Assembly (NCBI GenBank): GCA_037447605.1
Contig: CM074811.1
Coordinates: 1,116,001-1,180,000, forward strand
DNA from: Zygnema circumcarinatum SAG 698-1b
Taxonomy: Eukaryota; Plantae; Zygnematophyceae
Length of the DNA: 64,000 nucleotides
Direction: 5' to 3'
The notes below the pieces were generated by a model, which saw nothing but the letters and a program-made list of their open reading frames with translations, was not told the DNA's origin and ran no database searches. Positions 34,190-47,519 of this stretch are shown piece by piece; within the stretch, counting starts at the first letter, position 1; each line of letters starts with the position of its first letter. A program made the translations under genes and the position numbers.

Positions 34190-37100
34190 CTAGCCTATAA
34201 GTTCCCCTTCTTCGAGTGAGTTTGGGGGCCGCTTTACGCCCCTATCTCTTTCGGATGGCTCCCCCCTTCCCCGGCCTCGAGATGCCCCTCCTCCTATAGG
34301 ACCGCCTTCATGTACGAACGGGCAGGTTGAACCATTACGACACCCTCTTGCCGTAGGATAATAAACGCAAACACGGCCCCTGCCTCGTCCTCTTCGTCCA
34401 GATGCATTTGGGAACCTCTCTCCCGGGCGTTCAAATTCTGGTCGAAGATACGCTCCTGGAGAAATTTCATTTTCACGCGGAGAATCCCATGGTCCCCCGG
34501 GACTGCCACTTGCCCTCACTATAGACGGATTGTTCCAAGTAGGTATGTAGCCATTGGGGCCCTCCTCTTGACTCCTCAACACTGGAGAGTCTCGGCGGCC
34601 TGGAATCTGCTCATAGAGATTAAGCTTCTCGTTTGATGTAATCAAAGGCGTTGGGCCATCCCCTCGTGCAGTAAGATACTCCCCTCTCGGACCCACTTCC
34701 GAATACTGCGGTTTTGAACTATACGGAAGAGCACCGGGATAGGCGGCTCCATCATTTTGCGGCAAAGGTCTCTCTTTCGACATGAGTTCACCATGCTGGC
34801 TAGAATATGGAGGTCTCATCACGGGAGGTGCACCCAAATGGCCTGCTGAAGGAAGGGGAGGTCTAGGCATGCCATAGTTAGGGAGCGGACCTGCCCCCAT
34901 ATCTTGGCTGTGCCGGAAGGTGGGCTCAGAGCTACCAGCCTCCTGTTGGGAAAAGGAAGGCCTTGCTTCTCGAAGAGCATCGCTTAAAGAGGAGTGGTGA
35001 CGAGGAAGCTGGTCACCAACTGAAGCAGGGAGGCGAGGAAACGTGTCCCTGCTACCGTTGTTGATCGGCAGGTAGTCGGCAGAGGGATGCCCTGTGGGCA
35101 CAATGTGAGCTGCTGCAGGAGGCCTACCAATCACAGAGCCGCTGCTCCCTGTGGGAGCACTGCCAGGCGGTGCCAACTGTTGGCCACGCTGAGCCCCTTG
35201 GTCGCTGCTGGGCAATGACTCTGCTCCGCGGGCGAGTTGCCCCTGCATTGCCATAGCAGCAGCAATCATACTGGGATCGGCCAATATCTGCAGGAGGAGG
35301 TCTTTATCTATGAGACCCGAATCACTCATCGTTGCGATTGCAGCCGCTGCAGCTGCTGTCACATCGTTAGCCGCTTGTCCTTCGGAAACAGGAGCCGGAT
35401 CGGTCGGCGCAACAGAAGGAGGGGCCCTTGAGGGCAGAGACGAAGAGAAGGAAGGAGGAGCATGAGTAAACCCTCCCTCTTGCAGTGTTCCTTCCCCAAC
35501 CCCTTTGGACTCAGAAGGTGCATCTGAAGGGGCCACTGCAGCTGATCCCTCCTTCTGTGCAGATGCTCCCCCCCAGCTACCTTCTTGGGGAGTGGACTTT
35601 GAGGCCTGCTCCCAGGGAGCTGCTGAGACTGTGGGCTTTGGGGATTGCCGCTGGTTGACTTCAGTGAGGTTCACTGCAAAAGCACAATGAGGTAAGAAGG
35701 CACAATCAGGTCGGTTCTTCTCCAGGGACTGGCCATCCGGTGACAGTTTTTTTTTCATAAGCATGATATTTGGTTTAACGTCTGCTGCTGTTGATATAGC
35801 GTCAGGTAGTCAGCAACGATTCTGCTGACTTCAAACCCTTTGGATTGGACAAAAGACTGGTTTTGCTTGCTGAACAGTGCGTTGTTGTTTATGTACAGAG
35901 AACCACCACTCCCACCACCAATAAAGAAGTCCTATGAAATGCTTGAAAGTACCATGCAAAGCGTGCATGCAAGATACATAGACACCTGTAAGTCAGGCAG
36001 CACAACAGATATCTCTAGTTCTTTGATCACTTCCTTGAATCGGAAAATTCAATTTCTTCTCACCAACCACCAAGCAACAAAACCTAATCTCGTATCTCGA
36101 TACCATAGATGACCCAAGGCAACAAGCCAGTCCTCGGTGGATGAGGGAAAGGGAACGGGAAAGGACAAGGGAAAGGGAAAGGTTGACCTGACACACCTGA
36201 AGTGGAGTAGTTCGCTGCTCCTGCCATGTCCGTATCCTGATGGTCACCAGCATCTTCGTCCTCCACAGCCACTATGGGAATAACAGGAGTTAAAGAATCA
36301 TCATACTCCTCCTGCAGCTCGAGTGGTTCCTGAGGGCTGCACACACAAAAAAAAAATATCAGATTCAATTGCAGCACGTACTAGCGCTTATAATTCAGGA
36401 CAACGTTGTTCTCTTTGCAAAAGTCTGGTAGCCTGAGCATCCACTCACTTATCCGGTACGAGTGCCAAACGGGGGTAGATGGCTTCCAAGGTCCGCTTCT
36501 CTCGCTCCTGTTGTGCAGCTACCTCCTCACTTCCCCCTCCCGCTACCACCTGCCATTCAGAGTTCAATTCGATCTGCCAAGGGCCCACATCCATGGAATT
36601 GGTCAGTGATCGGCTTATTATGAAGGCTACATTGGAGCTCCAAATAGATGTCCCTTGTGGTTCAGGAATAAACAGATTATGCACACCATGATAAGGCTAA
36701 ACTTGTCATTGTGTCTTTACTTTACAAACATCCGTGCTTAATTTGCTTTTTCCAGAAAAAAAATAATGAATGAACAAACTATTCCGATTTCAAGTGCATG
36801 TATATAGAAAGTTTTGTAACTACCATGTTATCAACAGTGCAGCTCTCTCTTATGAATATGTCTAGATGAAGATCAGCCATATGAATTAAAGGGCCAATCC
36901 AGAAACATTTAAAACGTGTCCCTTCAGTCGAAACCTCTATCCTACATCAGCTTCAAACATAGCCTCCACAATCGCTCCGGAATATGCTCTACTCGATCTC
37001 TGTTCTAAGAGGAAGCATGTGAAAGAAGGGGAAGTAAACAATCTAAAGCATCCTCCCACAGGGCCTACCGGTTGCGGCGTACGCCATGGAAGCTGAACCA

Positions 37101-38141
37101 CCACAGCTGCCACGGCTGCAGAATCAGTTCTCACTCTTCGCACTCCCGCTGTTCCCGGCTTCCCAAATCCGGGAGGGAGGTCTAACCCAGGTGCTTTTTT
37201 TGTTTCCCTCAAAAAGCCCTGCTGATGGCTTTCTCCTGCCATGCAAGGTGCATCCTCAGCGCTGAAAAGCCGGACCTGCGGTGCAGAACCCTCGCAATAC
37301 GTTATAGTGAGAGCGACCAGCCTTGTCAACAGTGTGCTTGAAATCCTTCATTCCATAATGCTGTTCACATCCACCTAGAGAGCTTGCTAATGTCCGTTAA
37401 GCGTTTCAAAAAACCAAACATACCATCTCTCTTTAACTTTGTCAACAAAATAAGCAAGCAACGGACATGTACAAGAAAACGCTGCATATCTCACTGCACA
37501 TTCACGGTTGTTCGAAAGGATTGACCGTTAAGACGCTAAATTGAAACAGCCGAGGTTGATTTCCTTGATCAATGGGGTTCTATCCACAACCTGTTTTTGT
37601 ACTTAGTTCAGTCCTCTCATATCCTTTCTTACATTATTAACAACAGCAGTTGCCACTCCGTCACAGTGCCTGTAAAACTCTAAGTTCTTCAAGAAATTCG
37701 CTTCCTTATGGCAAAAACAACTTCCCTGTCCTGTGTTCCCCTCTATTTCTGCACAAGAACCTTCCGCATTCTCTTCTTTTTTACAGTTTTTTCTTTTTTC
37801 CACCTTGAGGAACCATGACAGACTGTTATTCATCCATGTGACATGCCGATGAGAATACGGAAGGAAACCACCACATGGAGGATTGTATTCCGTGACTTGC
37901 CAGGAAACAACGCAAAGCTCTGCATAAAAGGAGCTGATCTGCCAGAAAATGCAACCCACGAGTGTTGCACCAGGTTGCATGAAAATATGTGTTTCCATTT
38001 CATCATCTCAGTGTGTATCTGCACCTGTCGAAGTCTGTCGTCTGATGCCCATGAGACCCGCTTCAGCCTTGGACGCTTAGGAAGCGGCTGATCAGGATGT
38101 GCATACGACATCGGAGGCATTCCTTTATTAACTGCCTGCAT
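34190..38141 (-). CDS. CCCH zinc-finger protein with KRVSW (PP1-docking RVxF-type) motif; plant C3H6/45-like, PNUTS-like
   Basis: Exons RLKRVSWASDDRLRQ|VRLFSAEDAP...LPPGFG, WQVVAGGGSEEVAAQQEREKRTLEAIYP and YDDSLTPVIPIVAVED. The large last exon carries DLLLQILADP, RGRGRGR and CVYYPTARGCRNGSTCPFVH (C-x8-C-x5-C-x3-H). Confidence 0.85.
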
Positions 38142-40289
38142 ACTCTGCATAGCCAATCAGAACAAGACAGCAATTCAGTTACAAAATAAAAACAGGCAGC
38201 AATGCCAAAGTAGAGATGAAGAAGGCGAAATCTGAAAGTGGAGGCAGTCTGGCAGTCTGTCAGTCTGTCAAGTTGTCCTCGCAGAAGCATATAAGCGCTC
38301 TTGCAGCTGTTTTTGCAACACAAAGGCCTCTTTACTTCATGTTAGGTTGCAATATTCTGGTCCAACTGGGTCTGCCTGAGCACATCTGATTCAATGTCCT
38401 CAGGAGCTCAATGAACTTGCAGAGTTTTGCCATCACAAGGCAGACTCTGCTGTGTTCCAAATGCTGCAACGATGTCTTCACTGGATGTCATAAGCTGGCA
38501 GCACTGCAAGTGTCTCTGGTTCCAGACTGGATGCAGTGCTTTGCTTGGAATTTTTCAGCAGCTTGTTGCTCGCTCCTCATTAAAACATCAGCAATCATTT
38601 GGACGAGACTTTCCGGAAGTTGGCGTGTATTTTGCGTCAACGGTAGCCCTACGGATAGATGCGGCACGACCACAGCTAATTTAGTGGCAAAAAGGTGTTC
38701 GGCCTTCCATATTTCCAGCCATTATACGCTGAACTTGTGCTTCAAATAAAACCCTCATCCGTTGACTGCCGTATCAATACGTGAAGAGTTTGCCTGTGCC
38801 TTGACACATACTCTATACTAGCAACTTCTTCTAAGAGGGTTTCAAGTCGTTGCTCTCAATTGTCCATTACAATCGTTTGCTCCGTGTGTTTCTCAATATA
38901 CGCTCCAAGCAGCCTCGTCTGGCATAAGCTTGCCCTTTTCGGAATGACTTCACTAGATCTTGAGAGAAGTGAAAACAACGGATATTTTTCCATGTCTCAG
39001 TCCAAGTTCGAACTTTAAAGACTTGGATGCTGACGTGTTGCTTGCAGTTCAGATTGACATGAAAACCCCGAATCCTCTCTCTCTTCCGCTCTCCCCCACT
39101 TCCTTCTTCTATCTTTCTCAGTGCTGAGTTTTGAGAAGTTGAGAGCTAGAATGTTTGAGCTGGAATGCAAGATGTGCAGAGTAGATGTTCAACACGCTAA
39201 GGAAAAAATCGCTCTTTTCTTTCAGTGCAGTTTGAGCATCGGGGAGACCACCCGTCTGCTTCTAACCTCTTGTTTTCTCTTGCAGGAAAGTCGCAGGTGT
39301 TCCTCTCCTTCACCGTATATATTGATCAAAACTTTCAAACTGTTAGCGAATTTTTGTGAACCCTAAATTGTCCAAGTCCTGCGAGATGCACGCTGTTTGA
39401 AAGGCAGAGACAAGGCGCGTGGTTTTCAAGAGAGATCCTGCAGTTTGGATGCATATGCGTTGTGCGGTTAAGTTTTACGACAGTCCAGCCGAGAACAGTC
39501 ATTCCGACACGACTTCAAACAAGAGCACTACATCTCACAGTCTCTTCGTGTCAACTCCGAACGCTGCAGCGGAAGAGGTCTCTTCGTCACTTTTAAACAG
39601 CTTTTGAAACAACTGTCAGCTAAGAACGTTGAGTTTCAAGGGTTGCAAACAATCTTGAGTCACTTGTAGCAACTCTTTGAATGTACTACATATTGGATGC
39701 AGGAATGCATCAGACTTCCTTCAACCTCCAGCATCTGCCTACCTGCTTGCTCAGCTCCCAAGCGACACTCTCTGCTCTCTGCCGGCCATCACCAGTACTG
39801 CTGCTCTCCATCATATCCCTCTCTTCCCACTACCCTTCCTTTCCCACTACTTCTCTCTCCTTCTCAAGAAGTGCCCTTTCTCTCAGCCATACCCCCCCCC
39901 CCTTCCCTTCAACCTCTCGCAATGTTACCGCGAGTTTCCACTCACACTCCCTGGTAATACCATTTTCCTCTCCTGCCCACTCTCGTACCCTTCACAAGTG
40001 CCTTCACAGCCCCAAGCCCTGCCCTAAGCTCCCCTCCCTCCCCGCCATGGCGCTCTCCCACAGGCGGCGCACCAACACTATTACAGTAGGGCTTTGCGCT
40101 TCGCTGCAGAAACGACCTCCGCCCGCGTCCGTTCCATGTCGCAGTTAGGGTTTGGGCCTCTCCCTGTTCTGCACTGTATCGTATCGCGATATGGCATCGT
40201 ATTGTGGTGTATTGTATCATATGTTATCGTGGTAGCGTATCGTATCGTGTCGCTATGTTTCTCATAGTTTCTCACGTTGTTTTTCTCAC

Positions 40290-40715
40290 TGTACATTTGA
40301 TGGCATCATCGCCATCGTGAGATCAACCATCAAATGTACATGGACAAAATCAGCATGGGTAACCACGAGGAATTGCCGCAAAGGACCTAAGGATAAAGGA
40401 AAATAGCTAGGAGCTGAAAGCTACACCTAGGCTCAATTGCCATAGAAAAGTGAAAAAATCTTTCTTGTATGAAGTAACGCAACAATGGAGTTGTTGGCGA
40501 CCGTGTCGGTGGCCGTCCGCCGCTCCCTCCTCGATATGGCCGCACATCGATGACCTTCGCGGCTGTTTCTAGGGGCTGCGTTGTGCGCCTAGGCGTAGTT
40601 TTCCACTCCTAGCTTCTATCTTTTGTGCTTAGGTCCTCTGCGACCAGTCCCTCGTGGTTCCACATGCTGCTTTTGTTCATGTACATTTGATGGCCTCGCC
40701 ATCGTGAGTTCAATG
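40290..40715. repeat. Foldback repeat family, copy 2 (two arms in opposite orientation)
   Basis: 40290-40324 matches the reverse complement of 6048-6082. 40572-40715 matches 5840-5972 and 57988-58135. Confidence 0.75.
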
Positions 40716-40900
40716 CCATTTTCTTTCTCTTGTCAGATTTCAAAAAATAGTCAGTACTAGTGAAGAAAAATGTTTTGTTTGATACCAATCTGATCATTGT
40801 TCAATTTCAATTGTTCAATTTGTTCAATCTGATAAACGAGTGCCGTACTATGGGGAGATAGCGATCCGCATGTACTCCCTAAAAACAAGGGTAGTGCTAA

Positions 40901-41880
40901 GGGTAGTGATATTTCCACCCCTTTTTTGGATCCAAACACCCTTTCCCGGCCGGGCAGATTTCAAAAGGGATTAAAAAAGGAAAATGCTTTTTTCACACCT
41001 TTTTGGAATCGATACCCACCTTCTTCCGTCGGCTGATTTTATTTTTGCTAACCAAGGAAAATGATACCCCGTCACCGCATTTTGAATACTGTATCCCGCC
41101 TACCTGAATTTTTTTTTGAGGGAAAGAAATATCTGCCTGCCCGAATCCGCTCGGAGCGGAAGATCCGTCCGCCACGAGATCGTTCGCGGGTGTCCGTCTT
41201 TCACACGTGTGTGTCAATCGCAGCTGTCGATTCCCTCGCAGATCGCACCACTGCAGATCACCGTTCGATCTGCAGCCGGCCTTGATCTCAGCGAATGGAA
41301 AGCGCCCACGAGTCCCGTCAAAGCCGGATCGCACTTGCGAGTGCGCGCGTACCTCGGCCCGAGATCTTGTTCTATTGTCAGCTCCCAGCCAATCAACATT
41401 TGCCACGTGTTAAATTTTTGACGTGGAAAATTCTGATTGGTCCAAACTCTCAATGTACAAAATTTTTGGTACGACCGTACGATATTTGTACGGACAAATT
41501 TTTGAGACGACTTTGGCAAGATACGTGGGCCCGTGCCATTCGCTGTGACCGAGCCCNNNNNNNNNNGTGGGCCCGTGCCATTCGCTGTGACCGAGCCCGG
41601 CTGCAGATGAAATAGTGATCTGCCTCGTTGCGATCTGCGAGGGAATCGACGGCTGCGATTGACCGCACGCGTGAAAAAAAATTCAGGTAGGCGGGATGTT
41701 CAAATGGAGTGAAGGGTTATAATTTTCCTTGTTTCGCAAAAATACAATCTGCCGATGGAGGGTGGGTATCGATTCCAAAAAGGTGTGAAAAAAGCATTTT
41801 CCGTTTTTAATCCTTTTTGAAATCTGCCCGGCCGGGAAGGGGTGTTTGGATCCAAAAAAGGGGTGGAAATATCACTACCC
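40901..41880. mobile_element. Non-autonomous Mutator-like (MULE) DNA transposon, complete copy
   Basis: TIRs of more than 200 bp start GGGTAGTGATATTTCCACCCC and end GGGGTGGAAATATCACTACCC. A perfect 9-bp TSD, TAGTGCTAA, lies at 40892-40900 and 41881-41889. Long G-started TIRs with a 9-bp TSD are MULE hallmarks. Confidence 0.9.
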
Positions 41881-42569
41881 TAGTGCTAAATTCACAATTC
41901 ACTTTTTGCGTTGCCGTAGGCAAAAGCTTTGTCATCGTTTTCATCCGTACGATTATTCGATTAAGGTGTCAAAGATGATTTTGATGAAAATGGGGTATAA
42001 TTTCCGCGAGTGTGACGTTGCCACGTCGCGCGTCCTGATTGGTGTGCTCTTCGTTGGATCGAATGCGGTTAAAATGGGGTATATCGCGTATTTATGTACT
42101 CATAATTACGTTTCGTTTCAACGGACAGCGTTGAAACGAAACGTTATTCAGTTATGCTTTTATCCAGTTAGAAATTGCCACGTTGGTATTGTGGTGTTTT
42201 TTTGGATCGTTTGTAGGATATGGGGTATGTTTTTTATCCAGTCGGGTGTTGCCACGTAGCCCTAAAATGGGAAAAAAAATCAAAAAAAAACCACACACAA
42301 ACTTGACGACAGAATGACACATCATTCTGTCGTCAAGTTTGTGTGTGGTTTAAAAAAAAATTTTTTTTTTTTGGATTGTGGAACGGAATGTGGTATACGT
42401 GTTATCCAGTCAGAGATTGCGACGTGGGTGTTGTGTGTTTTCTTGATTTTTTGTAGGAAATGGGTCTTATTTTATTCAATCAAGTGTTGCCACGTTGCCA
42501 ATAATTTTTGATGTTTATCGATGTTTTCAATTTCTATATTATCGTTAATTCCACGTAAGATGTTTTTAA

Positions 42570-44130
42570 AATGGCGGACTGGCCGACAGACAAAGTCTTT
42601 ATAGTCCAGAGGACTGGCGGACTAGCCGACTGACTGACGGACGGACACGCGAACTGGCCGACAAACCGACCGACAAACCGACTAACTCGCAGACTGCCCG
42701 ACGACCGACAGACTGACTGACAGACGGACACACATACTGTCCGACAGACAGACGACTGACTAACGGACAGACTGACAGACTTCCCGACAAACTGACAAGC
42801 TAACGGACTGACTAAAAACTGTAAAAATTCTGAAAGATTAAAAAAACTGTAAAAGCGCTAAAAATGCTTAAAATATCTATAAAATTTCTAAAAAACCTAA
42901 ATAATAACCTAAATATGTAAAACCTTAAAAATCTTAAAATTCCTAAAAATCTTGAAAATAGAAAATGTCTAAGAAATCATAAAAACCCTTGTTTTTTAGT
43001 CTAACACGCAAATTGAGACACGCACAAACATCATCACAGTCGAAAAAAAAAAAAAACAAACTATACAACATAGGGCCCTATGTGTAGTAGTTTGTTTCCT
43101 TTTTTTTTTTTTTTTTCTTATTTGTAGAAAAATCACACACGCAAATTCTGCCGCACACAAAAACACTCGCAGAGAAAAAAAAAAAAACAATGTAATTATT
43201 ACAACATTAGGCCTTCTGTTGTAATATTATTTTGTTTTTTTTTTTTTTCTATTTTCAGATAAAAGAATGCGCACAGTCAGACAAACATACAGACATAGCC
43301 ACACACACGCCGACACTCACATAATGGAAAAAAACAAAAACATTATTAAAGAAGAAAAAGAAAAGGAAAAAAAAATGGTAAAAGCTCTCTCTCTCTTTCT
43401 TTTCTTCCTCCTGTCTTCTACCATTCTTCCTACCGGTTTACCTCTACAACTCTTCTGTCTTTCTGAAAACTATAAAAGTGGGAGGAATGAGAAATTGAAG
43501 TACGAACCTGTTTTGATGCGGATTTCCAAGTTTGACGATTTCCGCTCTTTTCGATCTTCGTTATCTCCAGGACTGGGTCCTTCAGAAATCAAAGTACGGT
43601 TATTTGTCATTTTACATATGAAAATAAACATAGATACGAACCTTTTCGGTGTTTCTGATTTTCGTTATCTCCAGGACTGGGTCCTTCAGAAATCAAATTA
43701 GGGTTATTTGTCTTTTTACATATGAAAATAAACATAGATACGAACCTTATCGGTGTTTCGGAATTTCGTTATCTCCAGGACTGGGTCCTTCAGAAATCAA
43801 AGTATGGTTATTTGTCATTTTACATATGAAAATAAAAATAGATACGAACCTTATCTTAGTCGAAAATTCCACATAAGAGGTTTTTAAAATGGCGGACTAG
43901 CCGACAGACAAAGTCTTTATAGTCCAGAGGACTGGCGGACTGGCCGACAGACTGACGGACGGACACAGGAACTGGCCGACAAACCGACCGACAAACCGAC
44001 TAACTCACAGACTGGCCGACGACCGACTGACTGACTGACTGACGGACACACACACTGGCCGACAGACAGACGACTGACTAACGGACAGACTGACAGACTT
44101 CCCGACAACCTGACAAGCTAACGGACTGAC
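42570..44130. repeat. Two ~240-bp direct repeats (about 42570-42813 and 43880-44130) with GACT/GACA-rich core
   Basis: Near-identical TTTTTAAAATGGCGGACT...AAGCTAACGGACTGACT blocks about 1.3 kb apart. Confidence 0.85.
43560..43852. repeat. Three tandem ~105-bp units (CGTTATCTCCAGGACTGGGTCCTTCAGAAATCAAA...ATAGATACGAACCTT)
   Basis: Copies start at about 43560, 43665 and 43769. Confidence 0.85.
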
Positions 44131-44659
44131 TTGTTAGTTAGTAACTTTCATCTCCATCAACACCTTCTTCTTCCTTCCATACACCATTCTTCCTTCAGTA
44201 CACTTCTCCTTTTCTTCTTTCTTCTTCTTCCATCTCCTTTCCACCATCTTTCCTTCACCACACTCCATGTTCCTGTCTCCTTCTGTTTCTTCCTTCTTCC
44301 TTCCACCATTTTCCTTTTCACTACAATCTAATTCCTTCCTCCTTCTCTTCTTCCTTCTTTCTCCACCATTCTCCCCTTCATCACACTCCATGTTACTTCC
44401 CTTCCTTTTTTTCCTTCCCCCCTCCACCATTCTGCTCTTTCGACTCTCGATGTTTCTTCTTCATCCTTTTCTTCCTTCATTTTTCCACCATTCTCCCCTT
44501 CACTCCACTCCATGTTCCATCCTCAGCAGACCAGGAGGATCCTCGGAATGATCAGCAGCAACTCTTCTGTTAGACTGGCGAGTGTAAGAAAATGGATGTC
44601 GGGAGGACGTAAAGAACAGGGGAAGATGATATTACCGTGTTTCTGAATCGCTTCGTCAT

Positions 44660-45487
44660 CGAAACGTCGTCGACGTCACCGTACCGGCACGAAACCGGCA
44701 ACAGGCTGTGGAGCCCTGGATGTGGCCCTTTTTTGTACGATGTTCGTAATCGCGGGATTGTGATTGTCGGTTGACAATGCCCGAAACGGCATGTTTGTAG
44801 CCCGTGGCCCGTCCCTCTTGCTAGCCCGTGGCGGTTCGCCACGTGGCCGGCGACGCGCGCGTGCGACACCGGCGACGTCGTTCATGCGACACGCGAATAC
44901 GACGCGCAGATGCGACGCGCGGATGGCGCCCGGCTTTCTAAGTGGTGTGCTTATAGCGTCCATATTGCATGGAGGACCGCCTTAGCGACCGTACAAGTCT
45001 TCGGGGGTTTGCGCGTACTGTAGCGCGCGCATGAAGATTGGGCAGAAATGTAGTTGTACGGAGCGGCGCGCTGGTGTACGGCCAGCGGAGCGCTGATTGG
45101 TCGCGGCGCGAGTGCGGAGCGTGGAGCGCGCGACATGTGGCGCGACGGATGGAGATCAACGGTGGTGCACGAAGCGGCGGAACGAAGCGTCAGTGGAGTC
45201 GCTTCAGAATGTCGGCTACGAATCAAGTGGCGCCACGTGGACCACTCATGTAGCAGCCGGAAAATGGCGAAGGGGACCTGACGGGCAGAGAATCTGTACG
45301 GCAGTCAATCTGTAGGTCGGTCGTCGAACGTCAACGTCGGAACGTCGTCGACGTCACCGTACCGGCACGAAACGGCTCTATTCGGACAATCGTCTTTTGG
45401 ACGAGGATGTGGCCCTTTTTTGTACGGTTTTCGTAATCGGGGGATTGTGATTGTCGGTTGACAATGCCCGAAACGGCATGTTTGTAC
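44660..45487. repeat. Direct repeat pair (about 44660-44800 and 45345-45487)
   Basis: Both copies share AACGTCGTCGACGTCACCGTACCGGCACGAAAC...GATTGTCGGTTGACAATGCCCGAAACGGCATGTTTGTA. Confidence 0.8.
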
Positions 45488-46064
45488 CGGGGTGGGTTGG
45501 TAAACCGTAACAGCTTGTTCTGTCAAACACGGGACACGCAAGATTTGGAATGGTTCGGTTGACAACGCCCGAAACGGTTATGGTGTTGGTCAAATTAATC
45601 ACAGCTCCAACATACCAGGCTAAAAAAAGAATTTAATGAAAATGGGGTATAGTTGCCACGAGTCTGACGTTGCAACGTCGCGCGTCCGGATTTGTTGTGC
45701 TTTTCGTTGGATCGAATGCGCAGAAAATGGGGTATATCGCGTAACCATTCAGTCATTGCCAAGTGTCGTTTTCTACGTACGACAGCGTTCGATTTGAATG
45801 TTTTATGTGACCTACGGATTCGATTAGGTTGTCAAAGATGAATTTAAAGAAAATGGGGTATAGTTGCCGCAAGTCTGACGTTGCCACGTCGCGCGACCTG
45901 ATTGGTTGTACGTTTCATTGAATTGAATGCGCAGAAAATGAGATATATCGCGTACCCATTCAGCTTATGTGTTCGATCAGTTTCCGTTTCAGTTCACTTC
46001 ACATAATTAAGGTTCGAAGACATTTCTATAAAATGGCAACGCACGAGGATCTTGATCCGCAGCC

Positions 46065-46195
46065 TGTTATTTGTCTAGACAAAGACCATTTTTCACCGGG
46101 CAGATTTTAGACAGAAAAGGATTAAAAACAGAAAACGCTTTTTTTTCACACTTTTTTGGAATCGATACACACCTTTTTCCGTCGAGCAAAGCAAA
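46065..46195 (+). mobile_element. Truncated MULE TIR-like fragment, related to the 40901 and 57625 termini
   Basis: TTTTTCACCGGGCAGATT...GGAATCGATACACACC aligns with the TIR family. The terminal GGGTAGTG is missing. Confidence 0.6.
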
Positions 46196-47519
46196 AGCTG
46201 ACTTATGTAAACCGCTCGCAGCCCCGAGCGGGCGCAAGCGACCGTCGATCTCCCGCGATCGCGGAGCCGCAGTCCCTTACGCCCCCGCCTGCCGTACGCT
46301 CCGCAGCCCCGCGAGGCCCCGCCGCCGGGTCGGCGCAGCTCCGGAGGCCTGGGTGGTACGGACGTTTTATCACCCTTTTTTTTTTTTTGGGGGGCGTTTT
46401 TTTTTTTTGGTGCGCTTTTTTTTTTTTGAACTTTTTTTTCTGGGTTTTTTTTTTTTTACTTTTTTTTGGTTTTTTTTTTTTCCTTTCTCTTTTTTTTTTT
46501 TTTTTAGACCACCGCGGCGACCCCGCTACACAGAGACAGAGTCCAGGCACCGCCGCCCGCCGCCTACTCGCGGCTAAGTTTGCAAAACCACGAGGACCAC
46601 TCCCTCTCCAAGCGACATCGCCGTTGCGTTTCTCGTAACGCAATAGCGGACGGGGGGCGGCGGCCATGGAAACGTAAAAATGCGATACGATACGATACGA
46701 TATTTGCGCCTTTGACAATACGGACTGTCTCTCCGCCGCTAAGGGATGCGTCTTCGTGGTTTCTTTCTGCTCTTCTCCTGAACGCCCTCCCCCCTCGCCG
46801 TCCGCCATAGCCCGAGCAAGGGTCCTGCCTGCCTGCCTGCCTGCCTGCCTTCTGTATTTCTTCCCTTCGCCTGTCATTTCTCCGCAGTGATGGAAACGCG
46901 ATCTACCCCCCATTCTGATTGTCCACCTTGGTTGGTAGAGTTGGATAGAAAAATTGATCATCCAAATTACCTTATATGCAAAGATGAATCCGTTTTATCG
47001 ACGGAAGATTTAGTGAGCATTATTTTTGCAGAGCCAGAAACTACTGAGATTGGCTTGGTGGCTGCAATGGAAAATCGTCGCAGCATACCAATTAATGGAA
47101 GGTATGTATACATATGTACATTTTTTTAGAAGGAAATAATTGAGAACATTAATGTGTATTTTGTAAGGGTTCTTTTGTTTCAGGATGAGGGTTTAGGGTT
47201 TCGGGTCTCTCTCTCTCTCCCCCCTATCTGTTTGTCTTTCTCTCTGGGAACTCTCTTTCTCTCTCTCTTTGCCTCCCTGTCCCGCCCTCTTCCCCAAGTT
47301 GAAGTATTTTTGTTTTGCCTTGTGTTGCAGTGCAAATATGCAGCAAGGTCGGTGTTTTCTGACACAAACCACTTCAATGCGTCCACGCAATACCCTTAAA
47401 TCATATGGCGGTGCGGCCGCGGGAGTGGCCGCTAGAGAGGAAGGGAAGGAGGGAGGGAGGGAGGGAGGGGAGGAGGAGGGAGGGANNNNNNNNNNAGGGA
47501 GGGAGGGAGGGAGGCAGTT

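Larger units (their letters stand above)
41987..45955. repeat. Dispersed ~100-bp repeat AAAATGGGGTATA...TGACGTTGCCACGTCGCGCG...AAAATGGGGTATATCGCGTA, 3 copies
   Basis: Copies at about 41987-42090, 45640-45745 and 45850-45955. Confidence 0.7.

Noticed and set aside
38400-39050. Possible TFIIS-N domain exons upstream of the CCCH gene
   Set aside because: Stops occur in all frames and I could not assemble a consistent spliced ORF.
40048-40147. Short ORF MALSHRRRTNT... with a good Kozak context
   Set aside because: Only about 33 codons, with no homology or splice continuation evident.
41521-41605. Direct repeat GTGGGCCCGTGCCATTCGCTGTGACCGAGCCC inside the MULE
   Set aside because: It flanks a 10-N gap and is probably an unmerged contig overlap.
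44130-44520. ORFs rich in E/K/G or F/L/S
   Set aside because: Low-complexity pyrimidine/purine tract.
46203-46961. 252-aa Lys-rich ORF
   Set aside because: Arises from poly-T tracts and GC-rich repeat sequence.
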